A stretch of DNA of 64,000 nucleotides from Vicugna vicugna (lineage: Eukaryota), in the NCBI GenBank assembly GCA_013265495.1, contig MU057651.1, positions 2,582,948-2,646,947 of the forward strand. Direction: 5' to 3'. Under the pieces are notes generated by a model. That model did not search any database. It had not been told where the DNA came from and saw nothing but the letters and a program-made list of their open reading frames with translations. Position numbers and translations under genes: made by a program. Positions 37,204 to 50,129 of this stretch are shown here, piece after piece; positions within the stretch are counted from its first letter, which is position 1, and every line of letters starts with the position of its first letter.

Positions 37204-37922
37204 TGTCGACGAAAAAATTAATCAGTAGTCGATCTGAGAGAGAAATGGACATTTTTATTCGAGCCAACGTGAGTATGATAAGAACCCAGGAGACGGTCTT
37301 TCAGAAAGTCCAGAGGACGGTTCCACTGGTCAGAGACCCTGGCATGGTTATATGAGGCTGTGAGACGGAAGAGTTGTACGTCCGGTGATGGATTCGTGAC
37401 AGTCACGCGGTCCAGGTCTACACGTACAAACTGAGCGGTGGGTCACGCTCATCACGGCCCCTCCCGAGATCAAGAAGGAAGGTTATCTCCTAAGAAGGTC
37501 TGGTTGGAGCAGAAACAAGACACACCGGACAGGGGAGCGAGGGGGCCCCAAAGGGGCAAAGAAAATTATGTTCAAGCATGTCTTGCCCTCAAATATGAAT
37601 TTTATTTCATCCGGAGGAAGGAAAAACTCACCATGCCCGCCCCCCACTGAACCAAAGGCTGAGAGCAACACCTTCTATTTCCAGGCTCCTGAGAGCCCAC
37701 ACGGGAACATCTGGGCCATCTGGTCAGAGGAAGTACCAAAGAATCTTTCCTCCAAAATAGCCAGATGCCGCCCAGCCACGTCCTTCCTCCTCGTCCGCAC
37801 AGGGGTTCTGCGTGCCTGACTCGACCCTGCCCCAGACCTGCCCATCTCTCCAGCCCCAGAAGGGAAACATCAACTCTTTCTGTGTTTGAGGGCGTCTATC
37901 CAGCCCCTGGTCCTTAACTACA
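37204..37922 (-). mobile_element. ERV1-like solo LTR, same orientation as GRB10
   Basis: Minus strand begins TGTAGTTAAGG and ends TTTTTTCGTCGACA. AATAAA at 37259-37254 near the 3' end; TATA-like catataa near 37350. Confidence 0.65.
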
Positions 37923-38765
37923 GGTGTACATCAGAACTAAATAACCCCGGGAGAGGGCACACCCTGACCAGGTCTCCCAGCCAGGTCTGGACGAGGGACC
38001 GCAGAGACCAGGTTTTGCCGTCGGTCAGAGGGACAGTGAGTGGGAACCGCCCCCCTCCACCGGTCTGTGTCTCAGCAGCCGGGGGAAGGTGGGGGAATTC
38101 CTGCCAAAGATGATTTCCGTGTCTGAGAAAAGGAACGGAATCGCTCAAGTCGGTGCAGTCATAACTGACACGACACGTGACGCCACGAGCATCCTTCTTC
38201 GTGGGCACAGGGTTCCCCGTGCCCTGGACCTGACCGTCCGTTCCTGCCTCCCGAGGAGGTGGAAGGAGTCCCAGAGTCATTACCTTGTCGACTTTAAGCC
38301 CAACGGGTGGTAAAAAGCAGTCATCAAGTCGGTGTGTGTCCCGGTCGCCCTCTGGGGGCCACGGAGCTGTCTGGACGTGGCCGGGGAGCCCCAGGTCACC
38401 GGTCTGCACCGAAGCCCAGGGGTTGGACCAGATCGGGGCAGACTTGCGGGGGCGGCCAGGGTGCCAGGGACTCCTCCCTCCCCTCCTGGGAGACACCCGG
38501 TGAGTCAGAGCCAGGCAGCCCCTTCTCAAGGGCCGGGTCACACGGCTGTGGATGTGGGTGTGCGACACCAGGCACCCTGCCCCTGCCCGGGGGACGCACG
38601 ACATCACGGCCCGTTTAAATGATGACTGGCCGGGAGGGGCTGCTGGGAGCTTGACCGAGCAGCAGAAGCAGGATGGGAGGGCCCACGAGTCCCACCACCC
38701 ACCCGGCTGGCCCTCCCTTGTGAAAAGGAGATGAACAGAGACCCTACAGCCACGTGTGCTAACGC

Positions 38766-39475
38766 CGATACGCGGCAGGACCCTGCGGGGTGCTCCCTGG
38801 TGCAAACCTTTCTGTTCTTCCCCCCATTTCCCATTTGTAGGAAACAGGCTTCATGCAGCCGCCCGGAGTCCCAAAGGGCAGATTCAAACAGCTGTTCACC
38901 AGGGAAGGGAGGGGGTGCAGAGACAAGGGGGGAGCAGTCAGCGCAGACTCGGGGGGGGCCCTGGTTACCAAGGCTGTCACTGCCCCCAGGACCATATGTG
39001 CCCCCGCGCCTCCCTCAAACAGAAATTGAATATTACTCTGATCTGAGCCTCAGGAGGCAGCTGCAGAGAAGAAACAAGAGCTGGTTAGAACCAGCGGAGC
39101 CCAAGATGGTGCTCAAGCCTCATTATCCGCTCACTGTAACGTGTTAGCAGCTAAGTGGCATGCCCCCCCCACCCCAGCGCCGTGAAAGCCACCTACGAGG
39201 ATGGAGACAAGGGCGGCTGGCCCCAGCACCGCCCAGAGCAAGGACCTGACGGCAGGAGCCACCCATCAAAGTCCACGTGGCGAGAGCCGCGGCCGGCGCT
39301 GTCCCCACCGGCCACCTCGGCCAGCGGCTCCCCGCTCGGGCATCCTGCCTCCCTTCTCCTCGCTGCAGGGCTGTCTTCCCGCTCCCTCCTCTGAACAATA
39401 AAGCGGCTGTTCACTTGGTCCCTCTGCCTCCGCTGGGAACGCATTCTTCCACAGTCGATGGCAAGGACCTGCACA
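38766..39475 (+). mobile_element. ERV1 solo LTR (MER41/LTR39-like)
   Basis: First about 170 nt homologous to the LTR at 57214. AATAAA at 39397-39402, terminal CA. Confidence 0.7.
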
Positions 39476-40532
39476 TGGGTGGCTTCCTAATTTAGAGGGT
39501 CCCCCATCTATCAATGATACGACATCCATTTGTGAGAGCGGCCAGCAGGTAGGACCTGAATCCACCTTGGGCTCCCCAGCAACTCTGTCCGGGATGCGAG
39601 CCCACAGGACTCCCTGTTCCCATCCTGGTCCCTTGTCCCTCCTCCATCACAGAAGCTGACCATCCCCCCCCCCACACACACACACTGAGCTTCAGGGAGC
39701 CTCAGAGGACCAGGGCCAAATGCCACCCACAGGCTGAATTCCTCCAGGGGGCAGAGGGAACCGGGCCACAACCACACAAGGGTCTGGAATTCACGGGGGG
39801 AGTCATTAAGTGCTGAGCGACAAGGAGGCTGATGAGAGCCCAGCCTTGAAGTTGGGGAGATCTGGGTCAAAATCCCCGGGACTGAGCCGGGCCACAGCCC
39901 CTCACACCTCCAAGCTTCAGCTCCTCGTCTGTGGAGGGGATCCAATCCTGAGAGCCCCCTCGGGGGGCACGCAGAGCACCAGACACCCGGCTTCCTCCGC
40001 CCGAAGCTCCCCACCTTCTCTCTCGGCACGCCTTGCTCTGCCACACCGTCTACACTCAAACCCGGGCCCCCCACACCTGCCCTCGATCAGCAGAACCAGG
40101 AGACGCATCTCTGCCTGGAACTTCTCCGACAACAATCTTAGAATCTGGGAAGGGTTCTCACTGCCCTGGTTGACCAGGAAAAGGCCCCAGGGGTTCATAT
40201 GATGTAACCCTCAGTGGTGACCCTTCCCCATCTCTGTGTCCCTCTGGCACATGCAGGGCAGAAGGCCGGTGTGACTGCAGCCCCGGGCAAGAATGTGGAG
40301 GCGGACTGAGAGCACTGGGTCCGCACTGCATCCCACGTGGGTTCCCACACCACACCTGGACCAGGTGTGACGGCTCCCCTGACAGCAGGTGTGAGGCAGA
40401 GCTGGGTGGGGCAGAGAGAAGCTTCCAGAAGCAAGGTGAAGGGCACCGCGGACAGGTCAGGCCATGCTCCCTTGAGGTGAATCTTCCAGGGGGCTTTGTG
40501 CAAAGCAAGTGGTCAAGACAAACGTGAGGGAG

Positions 40533-40839
40533 CAACACTGTTGGTTGGGATGTAAACGGTGCGGCCACCATGGAGAACAGCACAGAGGTTCCTCAAAAAA
40601 CTAAAAATAGAACCACCATATGATCCAGCAGTCCCACTCCTGGGCATATATCCAGAGGGAACCCTAATTCAAAAAGACCCTGCACCCCAGTGTTCACAGC
40701 AGCACTATTTACAACATTCAAGACGTGGAAATAGCTTAAATGTCCATCAACAGATGACTGGATAAAGAAGATGTGGTATATTTGTACAATGGAATACTAC
40801 TCAGCTGTCAAAAAGGATTAAATAATGCCATTTGCAGCA
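40533..40839 (+). mobile_element. Younger L1 fragment (ORF2 C-terminus), truncated at both ends
   Basis: Translates RFLKKLKIEPPYDPAVPLLGIYP; overlaps in homology with 45480-45700. Confidence 0.88.
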
Positions 40840-43486
40840 TTTCAGAACGGCAGGGCCAGCATGGACACTTGCAGAAGGTGATGCGGGGTCCTGGGGGGCC
40901 CAGGACCTCACCCACCACGTGCCCGGGGGACACAGCTCTGATGGGGTGGGGCAGGCCCTGCTGTGACGTGAGAAATGAGGGAACTTCTTGGTTCAGAGCT
41001 CTGGGGGTTTTACAGCTGCAGACAGTGGGTTGTAGGCCTCAATTTATAAGACCCCAAAGACCTCTCATTCTTGGATGACTTAAACCCACACCCCCTCCCC
41101 TGCCTGGCTCTTTGGGCCAGACACTCTGGCCTCTGGTCCCCAAAAGAGCACCATTCCCAGGCCTGCCTGGGCACCACCCCCAGCTCTGGGCACTTCCCCG
41201 GGGAGGTCCCTGGCCCCCGGCTCCTCTCCCGCTGTCTTATTTGCTTCAGAATCATTGTTATTATTCACGACTCTTATTCACCACTTTTGCCACGTCCACC
41301 TGGCCCACTGTCAGCACCGACACCGCACATGGCATCCGGATGGTGTTCCGTCAGCATCCAAGGAATTAAAGCTCACGGCCCTGGACCGGACTTCCTCCAG
41401 CCCCCACACGCCGGACACCACAAACCCCCTTCCAGCAGGGAAACTGAAACACTGTGTGACTTCCCGCAGGGCCGCAGGGCGACAACTGCACAGTTTAAAG
41501 GAGGAACCTCAAACAGTGACGCCGCCCATCCCTGCCCCTCAGCCCACCCCCACGCCAATCTGCTGCTCGGATGTCATCACTGAAGCCGAAAGCCGGGGAT
41601 GCAGAAGCCCCCGGGCTCTCAGGTGCCTGTGCGTGCAGGAAAAAGCCTGAGTTTGCAGCGACTCACGCGCTGAACCCCACACCTAATCCAAGCCACAGCC
41701 TTCAGCGAGCGGCTAGAAGGGGAAAATGATCCGTTCATGGAAGATCTTAAGAAGAAATTCTCCCCCTATAAAAAGTGGGGAGGTTTATCTAATTGGCTGT
41801 AACCGCCGGTTACTCAAGAGTGAACTCATTGTAAATCATCGGCTCTTCTGAGAAATTCTGGAACGCGCGTCTGATTTTCCAGGAACAGAGGATGAGCGCT
41901 GCCAAGTCAAGTGCTGGATTCTTCCGAGAGCACGACACGGCCCTCGGAAGCCACTGAAGATGACACAGCACTTCCTCCCGGGGTGATGGGAACAGTGGCG
42001 GCCGTGCCCAGGCCGGGCCGCCGCTCCCTGGCTCCGGCAGAGGGGCCTCGGGCCGCGGGCCCGCACGCAGCTAACGTGGCCTGGAAGCCAGGTGCCGCCT
42101 GCAGCTGGCTCTTCTGCCATCTGTCTGGCCCAGAGGAAGTCGGGGATGCCGGTGGGATGAGCTCAAAGGGCCACTTTAGCGCTGGGACCTGCCCGACATC
42201 CCGTGGCCCTTCAGCTCTGCTCTGTACCAGGGAAGCAGACACTGCCCAGCTACCCTGCAGACACGCGTCCCCGGGGCGCGTCTCCCTGGCAGGTCACTGA
42301 AGCCATCCCCTTGGGGCTAACGGTGCGAAGTGCGAGGAGGCGGGGGGCTGGGGTGAGGGGTGCGTTCTGGGCCCAGAGGACCGGCCAAAGCTAACTGGCC
42401 ACATGGGAGTTGAGCCCACAACCTGTGGACACAACACGGAGCTTTAACCCACAAGATGAGGCAACCACGGCCTCTTTGAGAAGCAGAGAACGGTCACGCG
42501 AGAGGCAGAGGGCAAGGCCTGGAGCAGAGCCCACCCACTAAACAGGCCAGTGGTCACCCCGGCTCCGCTAAGGTTGTGACCCTCTTTTCTCACCACAAAG
42601 TGATTCTGGCTTTGTCTCAAACCCCGTAATCACGGGGAACAGTGTTCCTAACCTTCACTCTCTCCCCGACAGTGTGTTTCTCTCTGACACCCCCCAAACA
42701 ACGACAAAGACATCTGTCAGCAGCCATGATGCTACGGGCCAATTATCATCCTTGGAGCTAACAAGAGACTCCACAGGCGAAGGGAGAGAAAGAAGGTCAG
42801 AGACAATGAAACTCGGATGGAGGGTGGACAGCACACAAAACGTAGGGTTCCCACTGGGAGAACGGAGAGCGACATGGGTACCAGTCTTTGCAAGGCTGAA
42901 GGATGGGTCGGGATCAACCCAGACTCCCTCGCCAAATCCAGAGAGCTGAGGATGAACGGCTCCCTCTACGTCCTAAAGTGCAAGTTCAAATGCAAGTCGG
43001 CTTCAGCGGAGGAAGGAAACTGACAGGTGGAACCTGCCCAGCAGCCCGTGCCGAGGGCTGGGGGAGCCCGGTCCCCCACAAAGCCCCGCCTGACACCACG
43101 GCGGGGAAGGACGCCATCAGGGAAGGGTCCCCGGCCGCGCCCTGTGAACTCACTCATCCCAACATCCGCCACCGTCCCCACCCGCCTTCTGGAGATGTTG
43201 GGGGGCCCAGCAGGGGACGACCAAGTGCCCGCGTCATCACAGACAAGTCTGCGCTGCAATGAACACCTTTTAGAAAAGGATGCCATGGTCAAAGGGGACC
43301 CAGTGACAAGCTCTCCCAGGACAAAGCAAAGAAGACCGCGCAACGGTGCCTGGTGGACCGCCCCCCGGCTTGGGCATCTCCTTGTCGGCCCGGCAGCGAC
43401 GGAGTGGGACAGGTTAGCAAATGCACCTGTGCCGGGGCCCTCGGCCAACACCAGCGCGGGGACCTGACAGCCACGCTCAGCCGTAC

Positions 43487-43537
43487 CTGGTAGTAAGGAT
43501 GGTGCAAGAAGGAGTCTGGACAGCCAGCTACAGCCAT
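43487..43537 (-). CDS. GRB10: GRB10 first coding exon, coding part (MAVAGCPDSFLHHPYYQ); whole exon probably 43487-43581
   Basis: Translation matches the human GRB10 N-terminus MALAGCPDSFLHHPYYQ as I recall it. ATG at 43537-43535, donor CAG|GTACGG after 43487, acceptor tccttattccag|G before 43581. 51 coding nt, ends in phase 0. Confidence 0.95.
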
Positions 43538-43581
43538 AGGATCTTCCTCGTCTCCAAATGACACGGACCGCGTCACAGCAC
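43538..43581 (-). other. GRB10: 5' UTR part of the GRB10 ATG-containing exon
   Basis: 44 nt between the predicted acceptor AG (43583-43582) and the ATG. Confidence 0.75.
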
Positions 43582-45469
43582 CTGGAATAAGGACAGACCG
43601 TGAGACACCAAGGCGGAAAAGTCCACAACTCACCCCCGGGTCACGAGCACTTGTGAAAATGATGTGTTTCACAGGGGTAACTGAGAAACAGTTTCCTAAC
43701 CAGGAAGGCATTGCAACTTTGTATCTGTGATGACAAAAGGCATTCTCATTCATCGTTTGTAGAACGACTGAAAAATTGTACCAATAATTTGTCTTTTTTT
43801 ATTCCTTTGGTTAAAGGGGGTTTACTGGCGAATTCAGCCTGCTGCCTTCGTCCCGGGGGGTAATTCTGAAGGTTAAATCTTCCTTGGCAAGAATTCCACT
43901 GTAAATAATGGACTGGAGTCTGTCCATTTTCACTGAGTTTTGAACCTGGGATAAAAATTTAAATGATCTTCCTCGTAAAAGTTCACACTCTCTTCCTCCT
44001 TGGACTGCAGTTCAGGAAAACAGTCCGGGCAAAGTCAAAAGTTTGCCGATTCGAGAGTCAACAGTTTTCTTCGCACTGTCAATATTGACACTTCTGGACC
44101 CAGCTGCTGAATACGGACTTGGCATTTTTCTTTTCAATTCTTTTTTTTTTTTCTTTCCCCATCTTCGGGGCGACTTGTACCAGACGAAAATGATGCAACT
44201 GTCAGGAACTTGAAAACTGGGGCACTCAGTAGCACTTTTTGGGAAAAGCGTGCTGGGTTCCTACCCGAAGTCCCAGGGACTTTGGCCGACCGTGACCTGT
44301 CTTCCATCATAACCGATGACAGATGACATCTGAGGTGGATTTAGTCTCTGCAGTGTTCCCTATGCCACCACGATGGCTCTGACATTCGAAAGACAGCCAG
44401 GATGCAGGGAGAACACTGAAGGATCCTTGTCCCCTCCCCTGCCCCCTGCCCCGCCCGGGCTCAGCAAGCACAAAGGCTCCACGCAGCCCCCTCTGGTCCT
44501 CCCTCTTCTGCTCCGTCTTCCTCATTACAGATGCTGCTCACAACTGATTTGATTTCAAGGCACAGCGATGCGCTGAAACCCACAATTTGAAAATACGGTC
44601 AGGGCTGGGTCTGTGGTCACCGTCCCGCCTCCAAGCTCACCCACCGGCTGTCCTCTGCGCACACGCCCACCTGCAGCACGGAGGCCCCTGCCCAGGGGCC
44701 GGCCGCCCCTTCACCCTGCACCTGTCCACACACCTTCCCTCCGGGCTCAGGGTCAGCAATCCACCCACTCCACACTGCTCCCCAGTGCCCACCTGAAACT
44801 CTGGCCCACTCCTGGGGAAACATGCTCCCAGGACCCCTGAATCACAGACTGGGTGATTGCACCCTTTCTAATTTTATGTAACCACAGATTCAAAAGGTGC
44901 ATTTAAGACTGCTGGGAAAGTCTGCCACTGCTGCTCGGGAAGTCGGCTTTGTACTCTTGACAGCGTCCCCTCCTTTCTCTTCTCTCCCCCGTCACCAAGG
45001 CTGTCCCCTCACCCCCCACAGGACCCTCAGGGGACAGCCAGCATGCCAGCCTCTGCCGACCCGACAAGCTCATCACCCGGTCACCCCCACTTCACGGCCA
45101 CAGCCAGCACCTGGCATCAGTCCTCATCCACTTGCGGGCAGTTAGCAAATTCCTCCTTGTTCAAACATTCAGCCTTGCTCCCTGCGACACCTGGACAGCA
45201 GGCAGGAGGGACACCCAGGGAGGAGGACTGGATAGACTCATAGTATGATGTATAATTTATAAAACTAAGTAGCATAATTGTGTCTGGACAAGTTAAATAA
45301 TAAAATTTGGTTTATAAATTCAATGTTCTGGTAATCGTTTCAGAACAAATTTAAGTCAAACCATTCTGCTGTACACCGTAAACTGATACAGGGCTGAATG
45401 TCAACTCTATCTCAGTAAGACTAGGAAAAGTATTTATCATTTTTTTAAAAAGAAAAAAAAAAGACATAT

Positions 45470-46118
45470 CATATAATTCATCAATCCCACTCCTGGGCAT
45501 GTATCTAGAGGGAATTCTAATTTGAAAAGACACCTGCACCCCAATGTTCATAGCAGCACTATTTACAATAGCCAAGACATGGAAGCAGCCTAAATGTCCA
45601 CAGACGGATGACTGGATAAAGGAGCTGTGGTATATTTATACAATGGAATACTACGCAGCCATGAAAAAGGATAAAATGCTGCCATTTGCAGCAACAAATG
45701 GATGGACCTGGAGATTGTCATGCTAAGTGAACTAAGTCAGACAGAGAAAGACAAATACCATATGAGATCACCCATCTGTGGAATCTTAAAAAAAATGGCA
45801 CAAATGAATTTATTTACAAAACAGAAAGAGACTCACAGACATAGAAAACAAACTTACAGTTACCAGCGGGGAAACGGTGGGGGGCAAGGACAAATTAGGG
45901 AGTCCAGGATTTGCAGATACAAACTACTATTTTTAAAACAAACAACAAGGCCGTGCTGTACAGCACAGGGAACTATATTCAATATCTTGTAATAACATAT
46001 AATGATAAAGAATCTGAAAAAGAATATATATGTGTGTAATTGAATCACTATGCTTTACAGCAGAAACTAACACATTGCAAATTAATCGTACTTCAATTTA
46101 AAAAAAAGAAAAGAAAAA
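45470..46118 (+). mobile_element. Younger L1 3' end with A tail
   Basis: Translates MFIAALFTIAKTWKQPKCPQTDDWIKELWYIYTMEYY (L1 ORF2 C-terminus), followed by 3' UTR and A-rich tail. Confidence 0.93.
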
Positions 46119-46819
46119 CACAGAAAATTACGATCAAAAAAGAGAAGTTTCAAATCTTAAAATAAATCACTGCAGGACTTTTTCAAAGGAAAGCTGCACC
46201 CTTCATAAAGGCCAGAAGACCCTGCCCTTTACGAGGAGAAGTATAATTGAGCAATGTTCGCGATACATTAAAGCAGTCACTTGTAGCACTGAAAGCAGAA
46301 TATTCGCATTTCAAATCATCATAAGAGGATAAAAAGAAACGAGGAATACTTTAAACATCAAAGGGAGATGAAGAAGCATTCAAAGCAGAAAAAATTGATT
46401 CAGAAGACGGATGACCGGGACCAGGAATGTCAACCATCCCATTCCTTTCTTTTCAAAATAATACTCAAAAATATTCTGACGTTAAAAAAAAGCCAAATTG
46501 AAATAGACAAGCTTTAAAAGGCAAGCTAGAAAAGGGAGCGACACAGAGCAAGCAAACAGATCCATGACCAAAAGCCAAACTGAAACACACAACAGCCAGG
46601 GCTGCAGTGAGACGCGTGTGTGTCCAAACACAACATGCACACACCTACAGAGAGCACCCTTGGAGGATTCCCACTGTTTACAAGAGGAAAATGAAGTGTG
46701 AGGGTCAAGGTCGTAGTGATGGGAAGGCCTGAAGGAGGTCAGAGAGCTCAGGCCAGAAGTCCACGCTCTTAACCAGATGCCTACTGTCCTGGGGTTTTCA
46801 ATAAATTGCAGGCGGACAG

Positions 46820-46925
46820 CCCAGGCATCACTTGGAAACGTGTAAACGTGCAAATTCTGCAGCCCAGATGCAAACCGACTAAATCAGAAAGTCTGGGGCT
46901 GGGCCCTGCAAGGCACTGCGTGCTC
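46820..46925. mobile_element. MER5A-like hAT DNA transposon fragment
   Basis: gcatcacttggaaac...tgcaaattct...actaaatcagaaagtctggggctgggccc. Confidence 0.6.
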
Positions 46926-47347
46926 ACTGCACACTGGCTGAGCTCGCCCCCATTGCTGGTCCCCACCCGCATCCAATCCATTTCCGGAAGTTTTTAAAAA
47001 CCCCAGGTAACCCGTGAAAATAAAATCTTGAAGCCTTGCATTGCTTTAAGTGCTGTGGGTGTTTCTGCCGGTAAGGACCACCCTTCTCATCTCTTTCCTT
47101 TACAATTATTAGTCCTTTTTTTTATGATGTTTGCAAAGGAAAAAAAAAATCGGGAGAAAATTGCAAGAAAGCTTTGAAGAGTCACACCTCACTTTGTGGG
47201 GGCTGGGGAGCGGGACCTCCCGCCACGGAGCCGTTTGAACTGAAAACACCATCATTTACTCAAAATGCTGTAACGGAATCCCAACTGGAAGCTTGTGCTT
47301 CGTACGTTTTTGCCTTTTTAAAAATCCATTATTTTTTTCCCGTGCAA

Positions 47348-47524
47348 TTTTTTTTTTAAGATTTTTAACTTTTTTTTTGTAAAAACATGTATTTGTGTGT
47401 GTGGGGTGGGATAATTAGGTTTATTTGTTTGTTTGGTTTTTTTTAGAGGAGATGCTGGGGCTGGAACCCAGGACCTCTTGCATGCTAAGCATGCACTCCA
47501 GCCCTTCGAGCTATACCCTCCCCC
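47348..47524 (-). mobile_element. Vic-1-type SINE
   Basis: Minus strand ggggagggtatagctc...gcatgcttagcatgcaagaggtcctgggttccagcccca...aaacctaatta. Confidence 0.85.
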
Positions 47525-49747
47525 TCCTATGCAAATAGAAAGAATCCTTAAGTTCAGCCTTTTCTCCTGCAGGCATCCGTGGGAGGGGGCTGAATGACCA
47601 TCACGATTACCTGCTGCAAAGAATGACCCCATCGTTTCAAACCGTGTGTCATTAAGCACGAGGGTGTAAATCTGCCCACGTGTGTGACAATGACCCACGA
47701 TTTCCCGTTCTCCATCCTTTGAAAGGGAGTCCTGTGAGATGGGCTCTGCGAGTTTCAACAGGACGTCACCCCAGCCGGGCAGCCCGTCCTCCAGCTGTCC
47801 TCTGCCCAAATCCAGGGCCCGGGGCTAGGACACAGACTCCCCACAACAGGGACTCCTCTCAGTCATTCCTCTCTTGACTTTGCCGTCTGTCTGCATCCGT
47901 CTGCACAAACCTTGATAAAGGATCTTCTAAACCCACTGCCTCCACCCCTCAAAGCTGTGCACTGACTGCCTGAGAGGCCCCACGCTCTCCAGGGAGACTG
48001 TCTCAGCTGCCCGAACCCCACTCCTCTCGGGGCTCCTCCTGGGCTCCACGGAAAGTCCTCCTGCCCGTCACACGGAGGTGCTCCCGGAGGCCCTCTGGTC
48101 CCCATGCCAGTCTGCACACAGCTCCGTCTTCCAAGTGACCTCACTCACCCCCGCGGCGTCCACCTCCGTCTCAGCAGGGACGTGGTCCCATCCTGCCCTC
48201 TGGTCACCACGCTGCCTGTAGTCCCCACACCCCAGCGCCATCCCCGCCTGGTAAAGGACACCTGGTCCCACCCGTGGGCAACCCACCCTGGTTAATGGGG
48301 CACAGCCCACAGACCTGCACGCCCCCCACCCCATCTGGGAGCATTTAGGGACCAGGCCAGGACTCAGGGTGCAGCCACGCGAGAGGACAAACTGGCTTTA
48401 GAAAGCCGAAGACTTTCCACCTTGGCTCCTCCCCGGAGAACCGCATCACTGAGAGCTGTGACACAGGGAACAAACAGGTGCCCGCGCCCCCTGCCCTGCC
48501 CCTCGAGGGCCTCGGGAGCTCCAGGCCCCAGCCCAGCTGTGGGAGCCCCCCTCGGGCTGGAGGAGAGGGCATCGGAGCGAGCAACCGCGGTCAAGGGAGG
48601 GGTGTGCAGCTTGGAACTTTTGGGGGATTCCCCCCGAGAGCAATCTTGGGGTCACACTCTGTGGTCCCTCTGAGAGTCCAGCTCAATCCAAGCAGGGCAG
48701 GACCCCCACGGACAGATGCAGCTCCCCACGCCGTGCTTCCCACGTCAGGGGACCCCACTGCGAAAGCCGCCATTGATAATTCGATTTCAAACCCCAAACG
48801 GGGGGATTAGCTGTGAAGCGAGGCTGCGCTTCCACACTGTGTCCCCGCCCAGAGGTGCCTGATCGGGCTCCCGCCTTGGGAGGAGGCTGCGTTCGCCTAG
48901 GACCACCAGGAGGAGCGACACAAGGTGTAGGCTGGTCAGATGGCCCAAGAAGACGGGGCTCAGGGCGCTCAGGGGTATCTCCTGCCTTTTTCAGGTGGGT
49001 CTCTTCAACACCGTGAAGGCTGGTCAGAACCCAGGCCCTGGCCTCCAGGCATGTCAGCGCCACTCGTAAGGGCTCTGGTGTCACAGGTGAAGGACCAGCG
49101 TGGGCGCATCACCCAGACCCCGGATGGCCAGGATCCTCCGTGTGCCCATGCCGCCCGCAGAGTGAAGACAAGGTCCCAGACGCCCGGCCCCGTGCCCTGA
49201 GCCTCGGACACCGGAGAGGGCATGCTGAAATCAGCCACGGAGCACACGTACGGGGGCTGAGAAAGTTCGAGAAGTTCGCGGTCCATGGGAGTGAGGGTGG
49301 GGGCTGGAGATGCTATGGCTCCTCTAACCCCGTAGGGGGACTCGTCCCTGTCTTCATGGACCCCCTCTATTTCTTCATCCTTGCCGACTCACCACCCCAG
49401 GAAAAATCGGCTGTCATGTCCGCTTCCAGAGAAACACGAAAACTTCACACGTGTTCTTCTGGAACTTGGAACAGGACATGCGAAATGGCACTTGGCACCT
49501 GGGGTAAGGCTGAGCCTTGGGAAGAACCTGCTGAGTGAGCCTGAAGCGTTAAACATCCTTCCGTTCTGCGCTGTGGGCAGTAAATGCCACGGGGAGCAAG
49601 AGGTCGGGAAGGCAGGTGATGAAAAGGAGGAGAAATGAGGTGGGAAAGGGAGGAGGGCAAGATGGAGACACCCCACAACCCCCGTACCAAGGACTGTGGA
49701 CCCCAACTCCCCAGCCCCTCTTCAGCCCGTTGGCCCGGGGGTCCCTC

Positions 49748-50129
49748 TGTTAGGGGCTAGTTCAAACATCGCCACATTGAAGACTTCAACCCCAGGGCCT
49801 CAGAATGTGACTGTATTTGGTGACACCACTTTGAAAGATGTAATGAAGGTAAAATGAGGTCTTTACAGGGACCCTAATCCCATATACGACTGGTGTCCTT
49901 CTAAGAGGAGACAGAAACAGATCACGAGACGAGATGGAGACACATCCTGAGAGGACACAGGGAGGAGACGGCCTTCTACGCACCAAGAGACGCCGCCGAA
50001 GAAACCAGCCCTGCCGACAGCTTGATCTCAGACTTCTGCCCCCCACCCCCAGAATTGGGAGGAAATCCACATCTGTTGTCAAGCTGCCCAGAAGGTGCTA
50101 TTTGTTACATGGCAGCGCTGACTGATACA
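49748..50129 (+). mobile_element. MLT1 (MaLR) solo LTR
   Basis: TG...CA ends; cagaatgtgactgtatttgg...gactggtgtcctt...aaccagccctgccgaca...ttgatctcagacttc. Flanks ccctc / ctctc give a 4-of-5 TSD match. Confidence 0.85.

Noticed and set aside
42674..43467. Possible processed pseudogene among overlapping plus-strand ORFs
   Set aside because: No recognisable protein, poly-A tail or TSD.
33833..43486. Alternative human first coding exon (MQAAGPLFRSK, from memory)
   Set aside because: Not found by eye; absence cannot be claimed without a tblastn search.
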